The position numbers and the translations under genes were made by a program. The notes under the pieces are model-generated. The model saw only the letters and a list, made by a program, of their open reading frames with translations, did no database searches and was not told the DNA's origin. 64,000 nt of DNA from Lingula anatina (Eukaryota > Animalia > Brachiopoda): positions 38,356,788 to 38,420,787 of the forward strand of contig CM120640.1 of NCBI GenBank assembly GCA_051362555.1, in the 5' to 3' direction. Positions 13,701-49,164 of this stretch are shown here, in pieces. Every line of letters begins with the position of its first letter. The first letter of the stretch is position 1.

Positions 13701-15057
13701 TATTAACACAAAATAGGAAGTCCCAAAAGTTGAAATATAACCATAAAATGGAGCAAAAAATCCTCGCCTTTTTATTTTCCTCAAAAATCCATAGCTGTTA
13801 TAAAGGAAGGTACCCGCGCTCTCTTTTTTTTACATTTAGTGCTAGGTTGTTCACTTTCGTCATTTGTCGGTGTTTTTCGTTTAAGAGGCTCTGGCGGCTT
13901 TGCCACACCAGGCAAAAACCTCCACATCGCTATAAAATTGTAAGATAAGTTGAACTAATTCAATTCACACACTAAATGTAGTTTTGATTTAATTTCCAAT
14001 AAGATAATATTTCGGCAGCATGCAAACGGTCCCAACGGGAAAAGTAACGTTTCTTGTAAAATCTTAAATGTACTTATAAGCTATTGACATCAAAAAAGAC
14101 CAGAAATCATTTAAAGAATAATATTTACCCTTCAAAACTACAAAACAGCACTCATGTAAATTAGTATTTTTACAGAAAAGGTTTGTTGCGTATGTAGCTT
14201 TTCAATCCTCGAGGCTCTGCTACTTCATACGGCGCGAATGCTGTGGTAAAATCTGATTGGTCAAAATTGACAGTCTGATGCAAGAGGTCAGGTCGCATGC
14301 AAATAACGTCTGACGTGTTCGGAAGCGTCATTAAAATAGGTCAACACATCTGAAACTCGCGTAGTCTTCTATGCAGACAAAATTGGGAGCGGATTTTATT
14401 TAAAAAAGGAAAAATATCTAAGGACAAGTAAAAACCCCGTATATTTCTCATGTTGCCGCTGCTTATAGAGCAGTAGCCCGTTTGGACCAGTCACTGAGAT
14501 TGGCACTCGCCAATTCGTTTTAGCGGTCGCATTTGGCGACTGGCGACCGCCCATTTCCCTCCCTGTAATCTAGTCAAATATTTTGCTTTTATATCACCTT
14601 ATTTGTTAAATTGCAACTGCATTTGTGTTTTCAAGTGTATTGCGCTGTGTTACGCTAATACTGAGCACTATTGGGCAATTAAGGTCCACCAAAGAATGTG
14701 TTCTTGGCAAAGTAATATTTTGATATTTTCATTAAAATTTACCAATGTACCTTTTTTTAATTCCCCAACCAGCTCTTTGCCGAGTACATCATCCTCCTGA
14801 AGGTCTGCTGTAAAATCCACTTTTATTGGCTTAACTAAATCACTTAGTTTTTTCTGTTTAATTCTTGTTATATTCACATTTCCACGTTGTTTCTGTTTCT
14901 GTTCCGGACGTGCAGTATTCTTTTTCTGCGCCATCTTCGAAGATTTTTTAGAAGAGGCATGTCGCAGCACACGTAATGTCAGATCTAAAGGAGGCTGTGT
15001 GCGCAGTTTTAAGTAAGTGTTTATATGTACAAGTCCTCGTCGCCACACGAACAGCAT
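1710..15057 (-). CDS. SUPV3L1: ATP-dependent RNA helicase SUPV3L1/SUV3, mitochondrial (5' part; 3' exons lie left of the window)
   Basis: Exons in transcript order: 15057-14751, 12413-12336, 11768-11661, 11159-11045, 7978-7810, 7612-7501, 6850-6773, 5965-5874, 5403-5352, 1838-1710; all phases are consistent. The translation gives [21 protein letters not shown] (Walker A), [65 protein letters not shown] and AVIYGNLPP, all SUV3 hallmarks. The basic N-terminus resembles a mitochondrial presequence. Confidence 0.96.
2039..5180 (-). mobile_element. Head-to-tail array of a composite Helentron-like element (~1.55-kb units containing ~160-bp and ~390-bp subrepeats)
   Basis: The terminal palindrome TGTACAGACACATCTGTGTCTGTACA occurs at ~5148-5173, degenerate at ~3594-3614 and partial at ~2039-2058. 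(GACGGC)-like microsatellite sits next to the palindrome. Subrepeats are shared, inverted, with 18362-21900. Confidence 0.65.
5622..5850 (+). mobile_element. Short non-autonomous Helentron-type element (~230 bp)
   Basis: It starts TTACCCCCACCAAGGTGGTAATGTTTTC, followed by a (TGTT/TGTC) microsatellite and a core containing GATTTTGATGAAATTT. The subterminal inverted repeat is CCAAGG/CCTTGG, and it ends in CTAGTT. This layout is typical of the class. Confidence 0.6.
8146..8317. mobile_element. 172-bp MITE with CAGGGGTAGCG-type TIRs and a 5-bp TSD
   Basis: Left end CAGGGGTAGCG; right end CGCTACCCCAG (1 mismatch). CAAAG directly flanks both sides (8141-8145, 8318-8322). Internal TTAGCCA/TGGCT repeats are present. 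Confidence 0.75.
8494..10989. mobile_element. Kolobok-like non-autonomous DNA transposon that hosts the nested 8825-10672 element
   Basis: The left end is TTAA|AGCAATAATAACTCTT and the right end is AAGAGTTATTATGACT|TTGA (14/16 inverted match, AG...CT termini, TTAA/TTGA flanks). The interior is CpG-rich, unlike the surrounding intron. Confidence 0.55.
8825..10672. mobile_element. hAT-like non-autonomous TIR element (1,848 bp) with a 6-bp TSD
   Basis: TIRs are CAGGGTTCTCCCTAGG and CCTGGGGAGAACCCTG (15/16 match). CATTGT flanks both ends (8819-8824, 10673-10678). Subterminal CCGATACGC repeats lie at ~8860-8945. There is no transposase ORF. Confidence 0.8.
11785..12078. mobile_element. Fold-back (palindromic) MITE
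   Basis: The arms are imperfect inverted repeats: GGCTATGTGCAGAA/TTCTGAACACAGCC, CAGTGGGGATTCTTGCTA/TAGCGAGATTCCCCACTG and TGTCTGGCATACCCCCT/AGGGGGCGTGCCAGATA. Confidence 0.7.
13237..14565. mobile_element. hAT-like non-autonomous TIR element (1,329 bp) with a 6-bp TSD, in SUPV3L1 intron 1
   Basis: Perfect 16-bp TIRs CAGGGAGGGAAATGGG / CCCATTTCCCTCCCTG. TAATCT flanks both ends (13231-13236, 14566-14571). Subterminal repeats are CTGGTCCA on the left and TGGCGAC on the right. Confidence 0.85.
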
Positions 15058-15395
15058 TTTTTATATTACAATCTCCGTCATTCACTTCACAGACTCGAAT
15101 ATCTAATAAAAGTAATATCCAAAACTCTTATAAAAACTGGCTTACATGCTAGAATGCACGGAGAAATTTTAAAATGCCAATTTAGCCTACGTGCAAAATT
15201 CGTGGTAACTAGTAATGCCGTGGTCAGGGGTAATCCTAGAGAGGGGTGAGAAACGTCCATTGTTCTCGTCAGTGAGGCTAACCATTTTCAGGGTATGTAC
15301 GCACAGACAGAAAACTAAGTATTGTGGGAACGTTACTAATGAAGCCACTGGTAGTACTAGTAGATATCAGCCTGTAGTCGTGAACAAGCACCTCG
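15058..15395. promoter_or_regulatory. Putative bidirectional promoter between SUPV3L1 (-) and ALMS1 (+)
   Basis: Only ~340 bp separate the divergent start codons (15057 and tentative 15396), and the region is locally CpG-enriched. Transcription starts cannot be determined from sequence. Confidence 0.55.
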
Positions 15396-37398
<22,003 letters not shown>

Positions 37399-38878
37399 GG
37401 GCTTATTTTGTCATCATAAGGCTCACACAGACAAGGGGACAAACAATAGGAACAGCCACAAGAGTCATGTAGTTGAGAGCCATAAATTTTCACGTCTTGG
37501 CACATAAAGAAAATAAGACAATCATATTGCTTTCCTTAAGCATATGTAAGTGTGCTGGCATTTAAATAAGACATTGCCAGTGCAGGAAAGTTTATTAAAA
37601 CAGAAATATAGTCGAGGTTTTGTCCGTCATTGTATGTTGGCTTTTCTAGCTGAATGAGAAAAAAAACTAGAAGTCTTATTTTTGGATAAGTTTCAGATCA
37701 TTTTATAGCGTTGCTATAAGTAATGAAGCATTTAATGAACCATTTTGTAAATAATATTCACTTCAGATTTAATATATTTATATTGTAAAACTGCATACCA
37801 TTTTGATATAAAATGCTTTTTTACTGTTAACTTTTTTTTCCTCTTATGACACAGTGCTGGATGGATCAGTTTTTCTTTAATTCAAACGGACTAAATAGAT
37901 TGATTATCCATTAATTACATTTCTATTCAGACTCCCATTTTCAATTCATGAAGAGAGATGATTTGGGGGTTTTAAGAAAAAAGTAGAAAGAAATAACTTA
38001 GTGGCCTTACAACTCGGGGGGGGGGGGGTATGTTTAAGGTCTAAAAAACTGCCAAAAAGAAATTGGATTTCCAATTTAAATCCAATATGAAAATCATGTC
38101 TACATTAGGAACACACAATTAAGGAAAAAAAATATACTTAGTGTGGCATTTATTCAGTTTGAATTTTATAATTAAAAAGAAAATGCATTTAGTCCTTATA
38201 CCCAACAAAAAGTGTGCAGTGTCACATCATCCCAAATATATAACAAGGTAAACATTTTTTGTTCTTGGGCAGTAATATGATAACCACACCCACTGATTGC
38301 ATACAATACTTGGCACACATGATCACATTGTAAAACTTAAGTGCTATATAATTCTACCAACAACTGTCTTTGACCGATTGCTTTAAGATACATCATGACA
38401 TTTGCTTTTAAACCATGTAATACTATACAAACTGATATAACAACAGATGTATACTTCTACAGAAGTTTCATTGTTATCAATGAAATAATTTTAAAAATTC
38501 ATATTTCATAATATTTCCATTGAAATATAAAGTTCATATTATTACTAATTCATGATTTTCCATATCAGGAAATGATGTTTTTATGCTAAAGCACAATCAT
38601 AATATGTTTGAGATTAGGAGGCTTACAATATTTGCACACAAGACAGTCTTAAATCTTCCAATTTTATAATGTGGCTGTTTTTGAGAGAAGTCTTCGAAAT
38701 CAATTTGCCTTCAAAACAATCATCTCATGGTAAATTTTAAATTGAAGATATACTGGATACAAGGGGACAACCCCATTTAAGACACTCTATTAAAATGCAA
38801 TATTAGCGCCATGTTATTAAGAGACTGGAAGATCCATTATCCTCTGTAGCTGCTTTATGGCAAAAATGTATAATAACA

Positions 38879-41800
38879 TCAGAGACCTTTATTGAAATAC
38901 ACAGTGCTAGGTGGATTGGGTAGGGCAGCTAGTTTCTCCTGTAGTTCTGGTTCAAGGTGAGACGTTGCCATGGAACTGAAAGTGGTCAGAAAAAAATTCA
39001 AATTAATGCTATGTAGGATATTACGCTTGTCAAGTGTGTTGTGGCACAACTATAGACAAAAGTATACATAGTCATCCGTATGAGGTTACAAAGGCCAAGC
39101 TGAATTTTACTCAGTGAGACTATTCCCGTTATAGACAAACTACAACATACTTATGTCAGAGCTATATTACTAGATGTGGCTCTTTATATTGGTCCTGGTT
39201 TCTAAAATTTAAATCCGTGTAGTGACCATTCCATGCAGACACATCTATGTAATACATGCTACTTAAAAGAAATTTTACATATTGAATCAAATACTAGACT
39301 ATCTAATATACCCTAAGCATATTAATCTACTTAAAAAAATTGTGGAAAATGTAACCGACTTTGCTGAAAAATAAAAAGATTACCTCTTTTGTGGAAACAG
39401 TGCACAGCATAAAGGAGTAGCAAAAACCAGACTGAAAGAAAATAACCAAAATTATTCATTTGGTTTTCAAATTATCAAGTTATAAAATGTTGTTCAAAAA
39501 TTACAATTTCTCTTCTTTATCTCTTATTCATGCAATTTAATTATTCCCTTGAAAATAGTGTAGTAGATTGTTTACTTACAACGCCCCTACCAATCCAACC
39601 TGAATTGGAGCATTCAACCATGGATACTTCTGGAAAATATGACATGGCAAGATGAATAATAGAACTGACGACGCCAAAAGATTCATATCTGACTAAAAGG
39701 ATGTTTATGTAAATTAATCCTAAAAACGAATTCTAAAAAATTTGGATCATGCATAATGATCATGCATAATGATGTCTATGGCACAGATTCTGATGTATCA
39801 CTTTCTTACTTACCATTAAAAGGCTACCTTTCTCTAATCTCTGCATTATAATTGGTGGAGTCACTGTAATAAAAAGAAAAACATTAAATACAATATCAAA
39901 AGCTCAATCATGTACACTCTTTAATCCAAAATGCACCAACACGTCAAACTACACAATACATAACAATACTACTAAATTTACTAAAATGATTAAATTACTT
40001 TTGGCAACTTTGTCACAACTTAATATCAGGAGTAACTGAGTTGGTTTAACTTACACATGCCAGGCATGGCCATACAAACTCTAGAGAAGACAACTTGAAA
40101 AATTGCTTTCTTTGCAGCTTTTTGTGAAGTGCCCAGTCTATTTCCATTTTCATCAAACACTGGAATCCCTGAGATCATTTCTCTATGAAAAAAACATTAA
40201 TTAAAATTTCCATCAAATCTAAACAAAAAGAAGTTACATAGTTGATTAGGTGTATGCACATATTTCATGTTTGCAACCTGTGGTAAAGAGGATAAAAGTG
40301 AATTTTTTTCTTTACTTTTAACAATATAATTTAAAGGTGACCCTGAGAATGACTTAATAGATAGTCACAGCAATGTAGTAAATATAAAAAAGTCTTCAAA
40401 GACATGTTTGTTGTGTAATCCTAATCAACAGGTATTTTCTTACTGGCTTCTCATGCAGGGTATATTGATACAGTTAGCAGCAGCCACTGCAGAGAATGGG
40501 ACATAGCGTGCTATCAGGGGAGGGAATCTCTGGAATTAAGAAAGGAAGCATACCTCAGAAGTAAATAAATTAATTAATTCATTTATCAATATTTATAAAC
40601 TTTTATTTCATTTTTCAAATAGTGGGCACATGAGTACAATAAGAAAGGAAGATCCAGTGGTCAAGGGAGTGCATGCCAACCCTTTTTATTAGTTTCTGCA
40701 TGGAAAAAGTCAAGCAAAGAGGAAAAAAAAAACTTTTTTCTACCCCTATCCCTCCTCCCAAAAGCCCTCCCTGTGCCCCTCTCCCAACTCCTAACCTCCC
40801 CTGTATCCAAACCTTGGAGCCACCAGTGGATCATAAAGAAGGAAAGATTCAGATGACATAATCAAATAGTTGCTGGACAAAAACAAGGAAAACAATGGTA
40901 TCCACATTTCAACAAGGAGGGATGTGATTGTCCAAACATTACTATTAGTTGAAGGATAATATACCGTGGTAAATCAGTTCAGTTAAGTGTTGCATAGATG
41001 GGTCTCCTTTTAGACTTGCTATGCAAAGGAAATGTGATAAAGAGATTATGTCATTCCCAGTATAAGTAATTTCTAAAGATGGGTGTATCAATGCACTGAT
41101 CTATCAAACCACAAAATTATGGCTTTTCTAAAGGAAAAATTGGTCAGACGATAAGGCTATTTACAATGGTTGTCCCTAGTCAAGTGAAAAATTTAATATT
41201 ATAAGGAAAATACCACAACTAATTTGCAGTGGAAAATTAATATTTTTTCTTTTCAACAAATATATCAATAAAAGATAATAAAAGAAGAGCAACTGAGAAA
41301 GAGTACATAAATATCATAGAAATAAGGGAGGAAATTACATTAAACAAAAATAACACAATTTTTATTGAAATACTTTTTAAATAAAACATTAAATAAAATT
41401 TTGACAAATTTTGAAAAATAGCCAACTTACATGTACTTGACTATTTAGTCCTAAGGCCGTGACCAAAGCACCTCCTGTTGCCAGTACATATGACAAACCT
41501 AAATGTCTGCAAATTAAAAAGAAATAAAACAAGGAAAGCAATAGCCAAGCTGTATTGAAAACAAACTATAATGAGTTTTAACTGTACTATGTAATATACT
41601 CAATCTTTATAAAGTCTCAATCTTACTTCTGGAAAAATAAACCATTGAAGCATTCCAGAAATCATAATGATAAAGAAATTAAAAAATTTTGAAAAATATC
41701 TTAATTAAGAAACTATATATTCAAAACAAATATAAACTTAAAGACTTCTGATGTTTTATCCACCAAAGCTCATATATGCTTGTCAATCAATAATTTCAAA

Positions 41801-43265
41801 CACACAATGCAAATTAAAACACTGATTAAACCTCCCTAACTAAAAATGTCCTTGGTTAGTGCTTACTTTACTGGTATAGGATGATCTCCACTCCTGTTGG
41901 TATAGTTGACGACTGCATTAAAAGACTGGTTAATCCACTGCCAGAATATAACAGCTGGTGTTGACCTGATACAAGAAAAAAAAATTAACATTTAACTAGT
42001 CCTTGATTTTAATACCAAAGCATTTTATCTGAATGTCAATTTTGGTCCAGGAATATACCAGTATCTATAACTGTAACATTAAACATTGACAAAAAAAAAA
42101 TAGAATTTGTGTAGACTTCAAGCCTATAGCTAAAAATACCAGGGGGAGGAGGGGGGTTAACATTTAAATATTTTTCCTTACTTGTAGAAGGTCATCATAC
42201 ATCCTGTGATGCTCATGTTCATGGGCACCTGTGCTGACATGCGGCCAATGATGAACATCTTTTCCTTCGTATCTGGGTGGTAGGCAGAGTCATAGATGTG
42301 CTTGGCTCTCCAGATCTGATCCTCTGTAAGCCCTGCAGGCTCCTGGCCATTCCTGTTAAAATTGAGATCAATAAATCTTCTTCCTTGTACATATATGTTT
42401 CTCATTATATTCCAATAAGTTAGTTCCAAGAGATTTTCCGCATTCAATTTCCTTAAAAAATAACAATTTTCTCTTATTGAGAAATTTAATGCTTGGCCCA
42501 TCCTTGCACATGGATTAAATGATATATACCAATTCTAATTGTGGCCAGTCACTTAGACTGCAATGTTTTCCTGTACATTTCAGAAGCAAATATCGACATC
42601 AGGTACTTTTACTTGAGGGGTTTAATTGATTTTAAGAAAATAAACTGGGAAATATGATAAGTAGCTTTGCAGAATATGTAGCTATAGATAATAACACTAT
42701 GACTTTTTCAAATGCAAATATTATACCTCATATAAATACTTTTATGAATTTGTTAGATTTATCTAACATTTAAAAATATAATAATTGAAGTATATAATCT
42801 CGTTCCTAATTGTTCCCATGCAACATTTTGAGTAACATATTATTAGTCTTGATAAATAATTTGATAAAATATATTGTTTGCTTCTTTATAAGAGACAGTA
42901 TGCATAACATCATAAAATGTTTGGTTTGAAAATTAGATATAACTGAAAATGCAATTACTTAAAAGTACACAATTAAAATGGAAATAACTATTACAGAAGA
43001 GATAAACATATCAAAAATTATCCAAATAGCACTTATTAATGATGAATATTTGAATATGAATGTTGAAATTGAATATTTCTTACCTGTATTTCTCTACCAA
43101 GATCTTTGCTTCTTCCAAAGTTTTATTGGAACAAAATAAATTCAGTGGATTTGTTGTGATGAAGAAGTGCTTGGCTCGCCCACTAAAAGTATTCTGATCA
43201 TATCGTGGTTCATCCAAGTTAATGCGTGGTCCACCACTGACCTGAGAAACTGTTGCAGCCTCCAT
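38879..43265 (-). CDS. SFXN1: Sideroflexin (SFXN1/SFXN3 type), mitochondrial inner-membrane transporter, 328 aa
   Basis: Exons: 43265-43084, 42352-42182, 41965-41867, 41506-41431, 40529-40444, 40182-40055, 39863-39814, 39629-39580, 39431-39384, 38975-38879 (987 nt). Motifs include [63 protein letters not shown] and C-terminal VYFNKGL. It is probably co-orthologous to SFXN1 and SFXN3. Confidence 0.96.
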
Positions 43266-43878
43266 TTTGACTTTTTCTAATATTTGATAATTCCCTTACT
43301 TCATTTCAATCAAACAATTTCAAATGTCACAGCTGAAAACAATACATGGTTTAATTAACATGTTTTTATTAAATTCCAGTTATAGTTATCATAATTATAT
43401 TGAATATCAGTTAATGCAATAAAATGTGCAAATAAAATACATATTTTATCCAGCACTTTAAGTTTTAAAACTGAATCAAAATCATTCGCCCGTGATAGTG
43501 CTGTTGCACATAAAATATCAAAATGCAATGAACTTTCTTTTTCTGTTGCACGAGTCGTCAGAAAATCGTCATTCGTTTCTGATATATCCTTGCACGACCT
43601 ATACAAAATCTGCAAACAAGTGTTCACCATATGTTAAACTAACAGAAACAGAAGGTCATAAGACAGTCTGTATGGCAAGAATCTTGCATCAGTCACTGAG
43701 ACAACACACATCCTCTGTGTATTGTTTATGTTATTAATTCATCGACGATTAAAAAAAATTGCAAATCGATGCAAGCAAGATGATGCATAATGGAATTAAT
43801 TACAATACATCTTACCGCAAAATATTGCTTTGCTCGTAAAGTGCTTTGCTGTAGTAAATGCTGCACGCATTCACTTAC

Positions 43879-44030
43879 CTTGGTCTTAATATGTGGCTAA
43901 TAGCGATGATGCAAACACCCACCACATGCCAGCCAGTCTCAACCGGAAACACAACATCAGCAATTCTCCGCACTTTCTTTTTGTCATCATATTATTGGCC
44001 CCTGTGTTTTCCTCTAAGATTTGCGTCAAA
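43879..44030. promoter_or_regulatory. Putative bidirectional promoter and non-coding first exon of the sideroflexin, adjacent to the TMEM128 start
   Basis: The sideroflexin ATG exon has a splice acceptor at 43333-43334, and a strong minus-strand donor (AAG|GTAAGT) lies at 43878. The TMEM128 ATG at 44031 sits in a YY1-like CAAAATGGCGG. An ETS-like ACCGGAAA lies at ~43942. Confidence 0.55.
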
Positions 44031-46689
44031 ATGGCGGACCGTGGAGACGAGATTCGGCAGCGGGTTAGACATAAAATGCAAGAAAATATGTACAGATCTA
44101 TATTTCCAGGTACTCCTTACGTAAACTGAAACAAATTAATGTGATTGCGTCTGGTTGAGAGAGTATGGTGAGGTGATGGGGTTCTTTTTAGATTCCCCTC
44201 ACTCAGTCTTTTGTAAAAAACCTGTACATACTGTTACTGAGTGTGAGATTGGAGTACATGTACCAGAACTGAAGCTGCAAAATGTGTGCACCATGATAAT
44301 GCAACATAGATAAAGATAACTGGCGTGGGGCGTGGTGTCGTCAAGCGTCATTATTACGTAACACAAATAGGTCATACATTTAACGACATTATGATACACT
44401 GACAAACTAAGATTGTGTCAAGTACTCTATGTAACTTGAGACTTTGATTATCTGTGGACCATTGATTCAGATAAGTCTGAACAAATGATATTTCCTTGTT
44501 TCTACTAGTTCTGTCCTGGGAATGTATTTTAGAAATACAATAATACAGTTAGCATTATCATGAAAATATCATTTCAACAGTTGTCACACTGCTTTGAAGA
44601 ATATTACATTATGTCTTGATACTTAAATTTTCTGTGCAAATCTCACCTGATCCCTCGATCCTCCCCTCCTTAACTTGCCAAAGTCTCAAGCCATGCAGTG
44701 GCAAGGTTAACTGTCCAAACCCCTTTGTTATAGATCCTACAAAATAGTAATGATTATTTTAAAAATAATATATATTAATGGAGTCTGGAAGGTCCAGTTA
44801 TTGTCTTAATTATGATCTAATCATGGTTAAGTCATTGTTGGTGTGTTTAGTTGGATATGGATGCTTGTGACTGTGCCATTTTATTTGTTAGCCTCCAAAC
44901 TTACCTTGGGATCAAAAGTAAATGAATTGCCAAACTAATTTATTTGACTAGCCGAGACATTACTCAGAGTCACCACACAAATTGATTTAGAAAAGATATT
45001 GAATATCACAGAGTTATATGGTGGGGGAGAATGCTGCAAGAGTGTCTAATTCTTACCTCATTCTTGAACCTGCCCCAAATCCTGTTCTGTAAATTAATCT
45101 AAACCTGCCAGTGAAAATGCTCTGGTTACTGGCCAACAGTCGGTATGTTAAACATTTTTGCCCACCTATACATTTGTATATCATTCATAATGATTAAAAT
45201 TATTTATACAGTTGTATATGTCTATTCTTTTAATATATTTAGATCCAAAGGTTGCTGAAGAAACTGAAAAGAAATTGGAGAAACTGAAGAAAAAGTCATC
45301 ACCTTATAGCATCCAGAATGTTTGTTGGCTTATTGCCTCTATGGCTGTATTTTACTACACAGACTTATATCTGGCAATATTATATGACAACAGGATCAAC
45401 AGGTAACAAAAAATGTCATCTTGATACATGTAGTACATGTGTCTGAGTTTATTTTCTGTGCAGTAATGGTAACTGAATTTTTTGAGGTGTAACTCTGTTA
45501 AAATAGTAATGTTATTATTTTGCCATAGCACACCTCATAAAAGTAAAGACAGTTTTTGTTTAGTACTTTGTTTAGACTTTTTGCATGGAGTATTGTTTTA
45601 ACATTTATCACTTTAAAGTTAGGCAAAAAATGTTGTCTGGGTGCCACTCCCATCCATTAACAAAATAATGGATATGCCAGTTTAAAAACATTTTTTAGAT
45701 TTAATGTAAAACTTGTACTAGTAATTGACTTGGGATGTCCAGGTGCTCCTTGTTTTTTCATAATCATAAGTTATAATCCAGTTTTTGAGAAAAATCTAAG
45801 CCTAAATTAGTTTGTCATTCTCCATCATTTCAGACTTTGGCTGTACCCTGGGTTAATATCAATATCCATAACGGTCATGATTGCTTGTTTCCTAATAGTC
45901 TGGTTGTCATATATCAAGAAAGTCCCAAGTGATGAGTGGGAGACCAGATACCCTGCAGCTATTCCAGTGTCCACATTCTGTTTCATTCTAGGCAGTGTAC
46001 TGTAAGTTAAAATACTATGAGAAAGGTTGCATAACACTGTTATGAAATAATGGCACTTTTTTAAAAGCCTGTATATAACATTCTCTCTGGACCCCCAGTG
46101 TCTAGGTGGATGATTTTTCATCCTCATGACCAACACTGGCCACTGGTCAGTGTCCTGGTCATTTTATTCATCAGTGACCACTGTCCATAGTTTTTGGGCT
46201 GAGGGTGCAACAGCATCTTTATAAGCATTATCTGTCTGATGATAGATCATGGGTGATGACTGGTTATGTTGAAAAATCTGTTGATTTTGTTTTCGCTCTA
46301 TCAAAATTCAAAAATTGATGTAGAAGATAATTAGATATAGAACATTTTATATAATCATATGGAAGATGAAGGGTTGACATTGGGCTTGAAGGGAAAAGTA
46401 TTGAAAATGCAAAACAGTTGTGTAACATTTTTCTCTAAAATGCCACCTCCTCCATCTCTAGCACCAAATATAACATGTTTTGAAAGAGTCTCATGCTGCT
46501 TGGGATTCAATTTGTCATAAATAACTCCTAAGTTTTCTGTCAAATTAAATGACAAATTGAATTCTTATTATTTTCAGGGTCATGATAGGACTGTGGCCTG
46601 TTTATGCCTTCCTTACTCCATTTATCCTGTTCACAATTTTCATGGGAGTTATTGTGGTGGCAGCAGCTCTTCCAGGAAGTATATTTTGA
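44031..46689 (+). CDS. TMEM128: Transmembrane protein 128, 172 aa
   Basis: Exons: 44031-44109, 45243-45402, 45834-46001, 46578-46689 (519 nt). There are four hydrophobic segments and the family motifs WLIASMAVFYYTD, WETRYPAAIPVST and LWPVYAFLTPFILFTIFMG. Confidence 0.88.
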
Positions 46690-48734
46690 AAAATAAATTA
46701 TGTCATTCACATTGGACTATTCAACATGAGAAATATAACTCTATTACATGTGATATCTTACTCAAAACATGAACCTATGTTTATGTCTTGAGTAACAAAA
46801 CAAAAGAAAGTTCACATTTGCTCTGGAATATTTTCTTAGTATTATCTATAAGCTATTGACCTTGCCTATCAGATTTTATGGCAGCTTTGCAAAGATATTG
46901 ATTGAATAAATATGTGATTTGTAGGTTGTAAATATATTGTATATATGCCAGCATACACTTGAAATTGTTTTCATAAAATACATATTTTTGTTGTTCACTG
47001 TATTCTTTGTATGTTTTACCCTGATGTTTGAGAGTGTTTGGTGAATTTAATTTTAAAATGTTTATTCACGGGTAAATGGCTTTTCTGTTTCTGATTCTTT
47101 TAACAAGACATAAGAAATAGGCATATATAAGCTGTCTCAGAAGTAAATCATAATTTATGCTAAGAAGGCAATATTTTGATACCAGATAATGATATTTTAA
47201 AATATTCATTGAATTTTTATTTTTATTTTAATTAAATTCCTTGGTTAATCTCTATGGATGTCATTCTTATTTTTCAGACAAAATATCTTTATGTCAAACT
47301 AGTACTGAGGGTTGTGTACTTATTTCCCCCAAAAAAAACATATATTAATTCAACTTTGGTTTGTGATTATCTTTACCACATTGGATATGAATTTCTAATC
47401 AGCATAGTGCATTGGTCAATTCTTAGAAGCCAAGCCTATTTATTTTTTACTCTGTCTTAATGATATGCAATGCATGTTATATTTTTATGGTACAAAAACA
47501 ATTATAAATGATAACTGAAAATATCAATATTCTTTTCACCATCTGAAAGTATGTTCTATCAAAAACTGCTGAAAAAATATTTTGAAAAATCTATAAACTT
47601 GTTCTTGAGATAAAAATTTTGCAAGTAAGATCCACCAATCTCCATTCACATTATAAGTTAGAGTGACTCATGAATTCAAAACATTATTCTCAAAAACAGG
47701 TTTGAAGACCATACTTTGTCTCCAGATGAGGATATTGTGTACCTTAGTGATTAAGGGAAAAATTTCAAGTTTTTTTTATGTGTATTTAGGTGTTATTGCT
47801 TTAAGGATCTTTTTTTATTTATTCAGGAAGGTAAGAATGACAAGCAATATTAACTCTGTAATATAGCATATTGACTAATAGTATGTGTTTTTATACCAAC
47901 ATGTTTATACTGGAAAGAGAGATATATGTAAACAACTCTCAGCAGTGTATGATAACATTAGTGACCTTTTTACATTTCCTTAAAGGAAAACAATTGTCAC
48001 TTCCAGAATGACAGAAATCCAATTACAGAGGTGACTTTTTTTATTTTTGATATAAGGAATAATGCAATTAATCAAGACAACATGGTTCCTATAATATGGG
48101 ACTTGGGGATAAGTGTACATAAATAATAGGATGTTGTGAGGATTCACTGCTCTGAATTAAAAATATTTCATTTGAAGATTTTATAGTAAGGTTTATTTGT
48201 TTGAAAGTTAATTTTAACAAACATTCATTTGAACATTATTATAAGCTGCAAGAAAAATTTTTTCAACACCACTCTAAAACATCTTTTTTTCTTTTTCATT
48301 AGGGATGGAAATATGGTTCTGAATGAAAAAAATGCTCAAGTGGTTTAAGTCATAATATTTCTGCATGGTATTTTGAAATAAAATGATATAATTGTATTAA
48401 AAAAGGTATTTCTTTCCATTTTTAATCCCTTGATTGTCCATCTAGCATTTCAATGAAGTAAAACTTTAATCAGGAATGTGTGTATAGATAGATAGATATA
48501 AGATATTATTAGTTTTATACTAGGTTGGAAGGAAGTCTTGTATGCATAGTCAAGCCCTTTCTGCAGATTATCTCAACTTTAGTTTTGGGGAAAACATCCA
48601 AATTCATGCCAACTAGGCTCAAAATCTTTCATAAAGATATAGTCACCCTATTTATTTTGATAAAATGCTGCACTTCACTTGTTTCATTTGTTTGGAAATG
48701 ATTATAGGGAGTGTAATGAACATCATTACACTCC

Positions 48735-48737
<3 letters not shown>

Positions 48738-48795
<58 letters not shown>
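48738..48795. repeat. (TA)n microsatellite
   Basis: Read directly from the sequence. Confidence 0.95.
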
Positions 48796-48799
<4 letters not shown>

Positions 48800-49164
48800 T
48801 CACTGTTGGTTTAATTTGTATTGCTCCAATGCAGAGGAAAATGAATGCCTAGAAAGGGAGGAATCCTTACTTGGGTAGATCAATAAAGTGAGGCTTCTTT
48901 AATATGTTTTGACATTCTATCAACCAATTCCTCAGTCAGTGAATTCTATTTTTCCTCATTTCCTGTCAGCCTTAATTAGTTCCTTTATATTTTATTTACT
49001 TTGTTGCTTACTGACAACTATTTGCACTTAAATATGTGGGTTCAGGTTTGACACCATACCTCCTGCTTCCCTTTGCCATTACATAATGATTATAATTATT
49101 TTTAAAAAAATATTCATACAAACATGCACATAAACCAGTGTGTTATTGAGAGAAACTGCAAAAA

